Shown here in pieces: positions 26,121 to 36,310 of a stretch of 64,000 nt of DNA (its first letter is position 1; every line of letters starts with the position of its first letter). Location: the NCBI GenBank assembly GCA_001643675.2, contig LSRY02000044.1:310001-374000 (forward strand), given 5' to 3'. This stretch comes from Monocercomonoides exilis PA203. Taxonomy: Eukaryota; Protista; Preaxostyla. A model generated the notes under the pieces. The model was not told the origin of the DNA, did no database searches, and saw nothing but the letters and a program-made list of their open reading frames with translations. A program made the translations under genes and the position numbers.

Positions 26121-27332
26121 CCACTCCCAAAAAACGTTGAATCGAAAATACAAAGAAAAAAAAAAAGAGGAGAAATAAAAATAGAAGAGAAGAACAATTT
26201 CATAACGTCATTCTTGTTTTGTTGTGAAAGTTGTGTTTTTTGCGATTTTGATTTTTATAAAAGCACTTTTTTTTTAATTTATTTTCTATAATTTTGTTTT
26301 GCTTAATTTAATTGATTATTATTATTAATTCACTGGATATTATTAATGGCTGTTTATTTTCATTTGCTTTGCTGGTGAATGTGTTGTCGAGTGAATGTTT
26401 AGAGCGAAGTGTTGCTGGTTGCATCTGCACAACAACAACAACGATAAACTGGGTGTTTTTATGAATGCCCAGTTTAATGTGTTGCTGATGTTTGTTTTTT
26501 ATTTTTTAATTTTTAATTGATTTCTGAATGGAACGACAGATTATATTATTTCTCCAGTTGTTTTTTTTAATTTTTGTATTTATTGTATTTTATTTTCTGT
26601 CTATGAAATGTTTTTGGATGTTCTTTCTTGAAAAGTTTATTTTATTTTATTTTATTTTATTTTATTTTAAAAAATTAAAAAAGCCGATTGGTATTATGGC
26701 TTTTGATTTGAATGAAAGAGATTTTGAATTGTTATGCTTATTGTTGATGCATTGCCCTGTGTGTGCATTTGTATGTGCGTGTGTGTGTGTGTGTGTGTGA
26801 AAATATAAATTTGTCGATTGACAATGAAGTTTTTTTAATTTTGCTGCATACACTCTCAATTCCCTCAGATTGCACTCGTTCATTTTTACTGCATTTCATC
26901 ATCATGGTTTCCTTTTCTACCGCCTTGACAATTATACATGCCACCCCATTAACCATAATAATGATTGACATATTATGATTATTTGAATGAGTTCTTTAGT
27001 TTTCTATTGTTTTGGGGGGAAAAATCATAATAAATCGAAGATGAGAGAGAAATAATGTGCAAAGAATCTTCAATAGAATATTCGTGTATTGTTCACTCAT
27101 TCTGAAATAAATGAAATTCAATTTGAAGCATATCTTATCATTTTCTGCGTAAGTTATTGATTTCAACTTTTGAATGAAATTTCCATCCTTCTATTCACAT
27201 GGCTTTGGTTATGCAGGCTGACTAATATTTTCCTATTGAACAAGTCTGACATTGCATCAAGATCTGCAAGCTGACTCCATCTTCTCCTTTTTCATGAATT
27301 AAGTTATCATTTGAAGTTTTATCGCATTTCTT

Positions 27333-28493
27333 TCAGCTCATAAGATCAGATGAAATAACACGTGAAGAACTCTTTTGCATCGGATTTGAACGATGGCTCT
27401 GAGTCAATTTTTGCATAGTGTTGTGGCTGTCCTCCCCCTTCTTGTAAATGTTTAGTGAATCTTCCAACGCTTTTGCACAACTGCAACAACCACCAATGGT
27501 TGAAGAAGAAAAAGCAGGTTTTTTTGTAACTAGTTTTGATGGCATAGCAGAAAATACTGGCTTTGACTCCAAAGAAGAAGACGGCTTCGATGATGATCTC
27601 TTTTCCGTTGATAGTTTGGAAGATGTTTTCGTCGTTTCAGAAAATGGTAAGACTGCTTTGACACGTTTATCAACTTTCCCAGATGCATTCGAATGCAAAG
27701 TGGATGGTTTGTCTTTAATGCACTTTTTCATATCTTGAATTGGAGCGCCTTTAAATAAAGTTTCTTTACTTTTTTCTCCCACACTTTTATCGTTCGCTTT
27801 GCGTTTAACTTGAACCAAATCTGATTCAAAATGAGATATTTTCTTTGATGTTGTATCTTTTTCCAAAAAGGACGGACGATAAGGCATGGTTCCAGAAACT
27901 GGATTTGAGGCAAGCGTTATTTTAATTCTTGACGAAGCTTGAAAAGAAGGCGTTTTCTCAACCACTTTAAGAAATGCTTCTGATCTTATGACTGGACGAA
28001 GAGGAACAAGGCGTCCTTTATCTCTTATATATTTCGCAGGCCTTGATTCATCTTGCTTATATGCCGCAAGGGACTGTTGAATTGATTGACGCGCAAGCTC
28101 CTGTATTGCTCGCTCTTTTCGTTTTTTTTCTGCAAGGCAAAGACGATAATATCTGTGCCAAGATCCGTATTTTTTTGGAATTTCATCAATTAAATCTGAG
28201 GAGCAAACATAAGTACTAGAAAACTCTCGTAATGTTACCGTCATCCAAAAAGGATTTAAAGCATCATCCGACAAAAATGGATTTGATGCTTCAATTCTCT
28301 CTAAGTCCAGAACTGTGCAACAAAATAAAACAGGCTCCAGCAACTCAAGAGGGATATCTCCGATTTCATTAAGATATGCTAAATTTTCTTTCAAAACCAT
28401 TTGACATTGAAGAAATAATGAAGGAATATTTTCTGATGAAAAGCAAAGCGTAGTATCGAAGATGTTCTTTTGTCCCTCTTTCTTTGAAAGCAT
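27333..28493 (-). CDS. ELOA: Elongin A-like protein, 386 aa
   Basis: BC-box PSLFLQCQMVLKENL followed by EIGDIPLELLEPVLFCCTVLDLERIEASNP..W..REF..SWHRYY, matching the Elongin A signature ([39 protein letters not shown]). Lys/Ser-rich tail. Confidence 0.8.
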   Translation of the reverse strand: MLSKKEGQKNIFDTTLCFSSENIPSLFLQCQMVLKENLAYLNEIGDIPLELLEPVLFCCTVLDLERIEASNPFLSDDALNPFWMTVTLREFSSTYVCSSDLIDEIPKKYGSWHRYYRLCLAEKKRKERAIQELARQSIQQSLAAYKQDESRPAKYIRDKGRLVPLRPVIRSEAFLKVVEKTPSFQASSRIKITLASNPVSGTMPYRPSFLEKDTTSKKISHFESDLVQVKRKANDKSVGEKSKETLFKGAPIQDMKKCIKDKPSTLHSNASGKVDKRVKAVLPFSETTKTSSKLSTEKRSSSKPSSSLESKPVFSAMPSKLVTKKPAFSSSTIGGCCSCAKALEDSLNIYKKGEDSHNTMQKLTQSHRSNPMQKSSSRVISSDLMS

Positions 28494-28830
28494 TAACTAT
28501 CGAAATTACTTGCTTACAGATGCTGAACAAGCCTTTCGTTGTAGAATAGTTGGATTTGGTATATTTCATTCGATCATACCATAACGCACTGAAGAAAAAA
28601 AACTTAAACAATAAATACAATAATATTGATTTATCTTTTAAAAAATGAACTTAAAGACATAAAGATTATATGATTTGTATTTTCAGAAAAAAATTGATCG
28701 AATTTCTTTGTTTATTAATTTTAGAGGGCAATCACAATTGTTTTGCATTCTATCTTTCGAATATGAATTCAGCCTATTTGCGTCCTGAGCTCTCGTACAT
28801 AAATGTAATACAGGCCAAATTATTTGTTTT

Positions 28831-30984
28831 TCATTTTGTTTTCTTGGAGAATAGAGATGCAACATCAACAATTTCAGAGTCATCATTTCCTTCATCAGAA
28901 TCTCTGCTGAGTGAAGAATTGGACTTTCCATCAGACGACGAAAGAATACGAGAAGAAGGTGAATGTGATGGAAGAGTGTTATAAAAATCAGGAGAAAAAA
29001 ACGGTGTCTTGTTTTTTTCTGACGATTGTGCTTCATCTGTCCTCTTTTTTATGTGTTTTCCGAGCTTTAAAAACTCTGGTTCAATGATTGGAAGCAATGA
29101 ATCAGTTTTGTTATCTCTTTCATTGGTGTTTTCTTGTTCTTGCGTATTTTCCATTTCACTTTCAAACATTTGGTCACCTCCATAACTCATTAAATGCCCT
29201 TCTTTTACTTTGCTCTTCTTTTGCTTGAATAATTCATCAGATTCATTTGGAATCTCTTTCTCTTCTTCTTCTTCTTCTCTGCGCCTGTTTTCTTCGCTTG
29301 CCCTTCTCAAAATCTCAGCATTGCTCATTCCCAACATATTGAATGAAAACTTCTTCTTTTTCTTTTCAGTCGTTTTAATATTTCCTTTTGCAGACTCTTT
29401 CCCTTTTGATTTTTCTTCACTTTCATTTTTATGTTTCTCATTCTCTTTTCCACTTTCCTTCTTTCCTTTTGCATCTGCATTTTCTGTCTGGTTGATCTGC
29501 GCCTCAGACGAAACAGCTGATTCACGTTGTTCATTTGCTGTGTCTTTTCTTGGCTCTTCTTTTCCTCTTGTCTCGTTATGTGTCCTCGGCTGAGGCATCA
29601 AAAACACATCGCCGCTGAAATCAGTCACAATTTTGCCGTCTTCGTCTTCGCTCTCAACGCTATCGCTAATCCTTTTCGCTTCCTCGCCTTCCCTTGCAGC
29701 TCCTTTCTGTGCGTTCAAGAGGTTAATGGATGAAGATATTGAAGAAGCTGATACCGATGAATAATAATGTGAAGAAAGTGATGTTTTGGATGGCAATATA
29801 ATTCTCTCTTTCAAAGTGCTTTTCGGTTTTGATATCGTTTTTTCTGAAGACTTTTAAAAAAAGATTAAATTTGACATCACATAATTCAAAAATCAAATCA
29901 TTAGATGAAAAAATTCGTTGTTTGTTAACTCAAATAATTTTCATTGCTTAATAACAAATAAATCAAACTGTTGATGCTCTTCGTTGATTAGTTGATAGAT
30001 TCTCGCGAACTTTTTCTAATCTTTCGATTTCCTTAGTAATAACTTCTATCCTTTTTAAAAGATTGTTTTTTCTTTCTTCCTATAAAAATTATTCACATAA
30101 TGAGAGGCACAATAATTATCAAGTTAAATATTTATAATTATTTTAATAAATATAATTTACAAAATGGAAATAGAAGTTGCAAAGCAAAAAAATAATTTTG
30201 TTTAATGAGTACAAAAAGAATAAAAATATGTGCAAACCTTCATTTGCTTTGAGATTGAATCCATAAACTGATCTAATGAATCTCTTCCTTCAGAATCCTT
30301 TTCTTCTTCAACGCTACCAGGTTCATTTTCTTCTTCTTCATTTAAATCATTTGAATTCAAAAGAAATCGTTCTTGCTTCCGTTTCATTTTCGCTAAAGCC
30401 TCTCTTAGCAATGGAAGTTGTATTGCTATAGTCTCAAAAGTTTCATTCAATTCTTCAAACGATTTTCTCTCAAGTTTTGATTTATGCAATTTTGTTCGAT
30501 CATAAAAAGAATCTTCTTCATCAATATGAGTTGATAATTCTCCATTTGATGTCTGCTTCAATAAAATATGAGCCTTTTCAAGCATTGAACCATCTGCATC
30601 TGTATCAATAAAGGAGCTATCTTCATCAAAGTGTTTGTTTAATCTTTTATCGTCAGCATCTTGTTTGGAATCCCCCATAAAATTTCCACTGAGCATTAAA
30701 GCAGCTGTCTTTGAAAATTTGGAATCATCAGATAAATCTTGAAATGATCCGTATTCATCATCTTCTCTTGCTTTTTTTGCTTTTCTTTCCAGTTCTTTTT
30801 GTTTATATTCCTTTTCAAGCTCCATAACAAGTGAAGCATCAGCTTCTGATGGAAGCATTCCGTTAATAATCATTTCTGCTCGCCTTCTTGCAAATTTTTC
30901 TTCAATAGTTAATGCAATTTCTTGCTTTTTACGTTTTGTTGATCCACCTATAATTTTAAGTGCTTTATAAGCTTCAGGATTCAT
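28831..30984 (-). CDS. Kanadaptin-like coiled-coil protein, ~625 aa, 3 exons (30984-30238, 30079-29969, 29850-28831)
   Basis: Two phase-0 GT-AG introns link ORFs 30202-30984 and 28831-29814 through a 111-nt exon. DEEDSFYDRT..KSFEEL..DSLDQFMDSI..KEIERLEK follows the kanadaptin (SLC4A1AP) central pattern DDDTFLDRT..ETFESL..DSLDAFMSEM..KEQQRL. The gene model is firmer than the family call. Confidence 0.55.
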
Positions 30985-31174
30985 GATTTAATTATTTTGA
31001 TGTTTCATGATGGGTTCAAAAGTGGATTTTCATAAATATTTCTGATTTTTCTTTCCCATGATTTCAATGTGAATGTTATATTTGCATTTTATATTTTAGC
31101 ATTTAAAATCGTGAAAAACTGTGTTGATCTGATTTGTATTTTGTATATTTATTTTCATCATAATTTGAAAAAAA
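30985..31174. promoter_or_regulatory. Putative bidirectional promoter (190 bp between divergent ATGs)
   Basis: Head-to-head arrangement of the kanadaptin-like gene and RPA2; AT-rich; no specific motif identified. Confidence 0.5.
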
Positions 31175-32365
31175 ATGGAATTCTCCTCCCAACCAAAAAC
31201 CCCATCTCGATACGGGAAAGATGGACAAGAAAGAACTGGAGATGTTGTTACTGTCACGCCTCTTTCTGTAAAAATGCTCCTTTCTGCAAAGAAAGACGAT
31301 CCAAAATCTCCTTATCAAATCGACGGAGTTGACATGCACACGGTTTATCCATTTGCGAATTTTTGCTTAAATCTGTATATCTTATGTGAATATTTGTTGT
31401 TTTTATATTTTGTTCTTTTTCAATCTTAACGCTTTCCTTTTTCTTTTTTATAGGTTGTTATTGTTGGACTTATTCTCGAGGTTGTACCTTCGCAAAAATC
31501 AGTTAACTACAAAATTGATGATGGATCTGAATGTGTTGACGTTGTTCAATGGACTTTAGGCGCAGAGCAGAATAGTGAATTAAAAGATGGAGTGTATGTT
31601 CGTGTAGCTGGTCAAATTAAAGAAGGCAATGAAGGAAAAGAGTTGAACGCATTTCAAATTGAGATTATCAAAGATTTTAATGAAATAACAAGTCATCATC
31701 TTGCTGTTATAACTGCTCATTTGTCAAGGGTAAAAGGGCCACTTCCAGTGTGATTATTATTTTTATTTGTAAAACGTCATGTGCATTATACTTCGTGTTT
31801 GTAATTTTTGCCAATTTTGACTTTCCAGATATCACACGACCAGCTTCAGAATCCTGGCTCACAAACACTATCCCCTCCAATTTCACCATCTATTTTGGCA
31901 GGTGGGCGAACAATGAGCAGCGGAACTGGAGGTCAATCTTTCTCAACAACTGCACATGCTGCTGAAGCAGAATACTCATTTGGTGGAATTGTTGAAACTG
32001 GAAGATTTGCAAGATGCTTGAATGACGTTTGAATACTATTCACATTAATTTTTATTGAAAGCAAAATGAAATAATTTAAAAAAAAAAATAATTTTTTTTT
32101 ATTAGTGCATAAAAGCTTTCCAGGCTTTGGATCTTCCAGGTGGATCAACAAGAGATGATATATTGCTTTATCTTAAAGGAAATTATACTGACCTTGAAGT
32201 TGGGTATGCGATTTTCTTCGATTTAGTTATTTTATAATCAACAAATTTATTTTTGAAAAATGATAAAATTACAATTATTGATGTTAAAGAAATGCTATAA
32301 CTCGTCTTTATGATGACGGAAAAATTTGCATCGGCAATACAGAGGAACATTTCAGAATTGCATGA
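31175..32365 (+). CDS. RPA2: Replication protein A 32-kDa subunit, ~277 aa, 5 exons (31175-31342, 31454-31747, 31829-32026, 32106-32203, 32290-32365)
   Basis: TVTPLSVKMLLSA..YQIDG..|VVIVGLI..NYKIDDGS..YVRVAGQIK..AFQI..DFNEITSHHLAVI (OB fold) plus a C-terminal winged helix NAITRLYDDGKICIGNTEEHF. Four frame-preserving GT-AG introns. Confidence 0.92.
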
Positions 32366-32654
32366 TAATATTTTTATATTTGTTGTATTGCTTTCCAACT
32401 CAGCTATTTTTGTTTTTTTTTTTCAAATTTTAAAGCTTTACAAAATAAAGAAAATATTTTCGATATAATGGTTATGATGGATAAGTTAATTGCAGCGAAA
32501 TGACGAAAAAGCAATTTTAGGAAATTAGCGTAATGAGAAAGTTAAAAACCTGACTTGTAACAATAAATAAAAGAAAAGGCAGGTTAAAGAATAATACAGA
32601 AAAAGAAAAAGAATCACTTTTGAAACGTTGTATTTTTATTTCTTTATTTGTTTG

Positions 32655-32720
<66 letters not shown>
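32655..32720. repeat. (ATT)n microsatellite, about 22 units
   Basis: Directly visible; it produces the spurious poly-Asn and poly-Ile ORFs. Confidence 0.95.
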
Positions 32721-33099
32721 TTTAAAAAGATTCTGTTGTTTGCTTTTGGAGAAAAAATACAAACTTCATGCAACGGAATAATTATTATTCCAGCTTATGA
32801 AATATCACAAGAATAATATTTACCAAATAATATTATCACTTCATTTATATATTCATTCTTAAGTGACAATGCGTATTGGAACAGAAAGATTTCAAATTTG
32901 ACAGAGTTTTGCATGCATTAACGTGATATTAATGTTTCCAAATTTTCTTTCACAGATTTCAAAACAATTCTTATCGACCTTAAATTAACTTTTTTGTTTA
33001 AAAATAATGAGTGACAAATTTTGAAAGATGCTTAATCGTTTATTCAGAAAAAAGATTATGGAAGTGAATATTTTGTTTTAAAATTGAGAATAATATTAA

Positions 33100-34390
33100 A
33101 TTGAACTTTGTTTCAAATCAATTTCTTTCCGTTCTAATATATCGGCTCCATCAAAAATACCTAGGCTGCTGATATCGTCATTTGGTCCTTCAACTGAAGA
33201 TAAATGATAAGTTATATCATATGTGAAAAAAATTATTCTATTTTTGTTTTCTATTTCCTCCATTATTTCTCATTTCTATTTCCAACAAACAGCAATCCCT
33301 TCCATTTCTTCGAATATGATTCAGAAAGTTATTTTTATCAAGGCTTCAAGCAAAAAAATTCTCCCAGATATCTTTCCATTTCTTCGTGTTTGTGTGAAAC
33401 ACTCTCAAATGGAACCACAAACCAGAAAAAGTTAAGGCATTTGCACAAGTTAGTTGGTCCACAATATTCCTTATGTTGCAAACTTTATTATTAATGTTGC
33501 AAATTAACACAAAAAAAGAATTCATTTTCCACTTATCACTCATTACGATTGCTCCTCGTTGAATGTGAAATTTGATGAGAGGAATGAGAGTATTTGCTTT
33601 GCAATTTATTTAAAATAAGTGGACACCAGTTTTTTAATTAATAAGAGTTAATTTGTTCTTTTAATTAAGCGAAAGATTAATGGTGGAAAATACGAACTTT
33701 CAAGCTTTTTTGCACATGGCATTGAAAAATTGTTTCACTCATATCTTTACTTCGCTTTCTAAGAATTCAATATAAGTTTGATTTTCATTTTTGAAAACAA
33801 GGCATCGTTTAAATCAAAACATAAAGTTTTCCAACATTTCACGAACGTCAAAAAATAAACACAATTTTATTGTGTTTTTTTGAGATAAAAAAGTCAATGA
33901 AAAGTGCATTATTTTTCAATGAAAATGACTGAAGCATAATATTTTACCCAATGTATTTGTTATTTCATTTCCTTAATTTGTTTTTTCTTCTTTTCCACAT
34001 ACACTCATCTATTTCTATTTCATTTTCCTCCCCACCCAATAATATTAGATAATTGATTATTTGATTCGCACAAGCATGTCTCAATACCCTTCCCCAATAA
34101 CGCACAACTGCAAAAAGCATTCATATCATAATTTGAATATGTTTTGCTTAAACTCCTATTCATCAACAAAATATTCAATTGAAATTTCTCATTCCAATCC
34201 TCCACTTTGTCAAGGTTGATTCTTTGAACACTGATCGTTTTGTTTCATTCTTTCAATATGTCCAATAGTGAAATTTCTCTTCCTCATTTTTCAGATTCAA
34301 CTCTTTCCTGTGAAGTCAACACTGCAGATATTTTTCTCATTGCACAATGTTGAAAAACCAATTCCAAGATCGATCTACATTTAAAAATGA
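33100..34390 (-). mobile_element. Merlin / ISXO2 (IS1595-like) DDE transposase relic
   Basis: Ordered motifs on the minus strand: KRSVFKEST (~34240); LGGEENEIEIDECMWKRRK (~33985-34040; cf. GG.GK.VEIDES.FGKRK); NTLIPLIKFHIQRGAIVMSDKWK (~33527-33594; cf. ETLLPII..V.PGS.I.SD.W); NIVDQLTCANALTFSGLWFHLR (~33402-33468; cf. NFVDP.TG.HTN.IEG.W..LK). Many stops and frameshifts. Confidence 0.7.
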
Positions 34391-34757
34391 ATATGCGGGT
34401 TATTATTTTTTAAACGACCCAAATATATAATATTTGGGTTAACCAAGAAAAGAACTTTGTTTTGTTATTTATGATAACAAATTAATAAAATTTTATCACT
34501 TTGCAAATGAGACAATTAGAGCTCAATTGATGTGAGAATATGTGCATTATGGATAAATTTGATAATTTTGTCACCAATAATTATTTCATAAAATTCAATG
34601 TTCTTTAACACAGATAGTTAATATTTGCGATTTTTCAAAAAGAATAACAAATATTTTGTCAAAATCTTATAATTTATTCTGTTCAGGAGAATCCATTTCA
34701 CGAAAACATTTTTCGATTTCACAAACATTTCGAAAACCTAATAATCCATGAGAAAAT

Positions 34758-35155
34758 TTTTGTATTCGAAAATATATAGTTTGTGCAAAAAATACCGGAC
34801 AAGATCGTTTTCACAATAACTGCAAGAGGAATAATTCTGATAATTTTCCTCAAAATATATTTCATCATTACAAACTCAGTTGATCTACAAAACTTTCAAA
34901 ACAGCTTCATTTATGCTCAGAAATAAATAATTATTAAAATTTCGGAGAAACTGGATTTTGAATTTCTCCGAAATTTTAATAATTATTTATTTCTGAGCAT
35001 AAATGAAGCTGTTTTGAAAGTTTTGTAGATCAACTGAGTTTGTAATGATGAAATATATTTTGAGGAAAATTATCAGAATTATTCCTCTTGCAGTTATTGT
35101 GAAAACGATCTTGTCCGGTATTTTTTGCACAAACTATATATTTTCGAATACAAAA
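34758..35155. repeat. Perfect inverted repeat: 193-bp arms (34758-34950, 34963-35155) with a 12-nt spacer CTGGATTTTGAA
   Basis: The arms are exact reverse complements on inspection (e.g. ATACCGGACAAGATCG / CGATCTTGTCCGGTAT; AATTTCGGAGAAA / TTTCTCCGAAATT). Confidence 0.95.
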
Positions 35156-36310
35156 TTTTTTATTAGTATTCAGTTTGTCGTTCTAATTTTTCAAACAAAA
35201 ATTTATTTAAAAATAATAATGATTCTTCCAAAATTGAATCACAAGAAATCATTAGAATGTGTGAACCTGATGTGATTTCTATTATTTGTGAAATAGAAAT
35301 TTTTTATCAATTATGAATTATATTTTTCTTTATGTTTTTTCTATATTTCTCAAATAATCATTTTAACTTATTTTTTTTTTAAAAAAAAAGAATTTGTTTT
35401 ACTAATTCTGAGATGATTGGAAAAAAAGTTTGTACCCTTTTGTTGTTATATTCATGAATAAAGAATTTCTCCACATTTTTTGAAAACATGTCTTGGTTTC
35501 TTCTTATTTGACTTTTTCAAATTTTTTTTGAGTTCAAGGTGATAACAAATAAAGAACAAATGTGAAATCTTTTTTGTCATGAATTTTCAGACAATTATCT
35601 CTGATTGATTGCGAACAGTATTTGCTGTGCTTTATTTTTTTAAAAAAAATCCTCGATGTTTAAAAAATTATTCTTTATAGTTGGTTATTCAATATGTGTT
35701 GGTGTTGCGTGTTGAAAAACACTGAATCTACTCAAAAATAAATGAAAAAAAATGAACAGTTGTTAAAAATACAGCAAAAATTGTTTGAGTTACACAAGAA
35801 GATGTCTGCAAATACATATCGGATTAACAATCGAAAAACAAGAATGGTGATTCAACAAAAACTCCATTTATCAAAACATTCGAAAAAGGTGTTGGAAAAT
35901 CAATCAAAACAATAAATATATGAGACACAACTGAAAATAACTACTCATGTCTGTTAACAATCAAAAAGGGAAATACAATCACAAATACTTAAAAACGAAA
36001 AAATAGACAAACGCAAAGAGTTGTTTTGGTGAGTGACAAAATCTAGTGAAATAAAGCAAACAAAATAAAAACAAATATTCATTTGAGGCTTTCCCACAAA
36101 TCAAAACACATTCTCAAAATAATAAAATAAATTTTTTTTTAAAACAAAAATCTGACTTTCTTCAATTCCACAAAGCAGCCACTGGTAATGCAGCTGCCCT
36201 GATATTTCCATTCCACAAACAAAACACTTATTCAAAGCAACCTCATCCATATTTATTCATCCATATTTCTTTCATTTCCTCTTTCTGCTCGCCTTCATTC
36301 CCCTTCCAAA

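Noticed and set aside
32517-32816. Poly-Asn and poly-Ile ORFs
   Set aside because: Artefacts of the (ATT)n microsatellite.
32900-34450. TIR pair and TSD for the Merlin relic
   Set aside because: I could not find a matching inverted copy of the 34396-34440 motifs at the other end.
35045-35275. 76-aa ORF
   Set aside because: It starts inside the palindrome arm, is AT-rich and shows no protein-like features.
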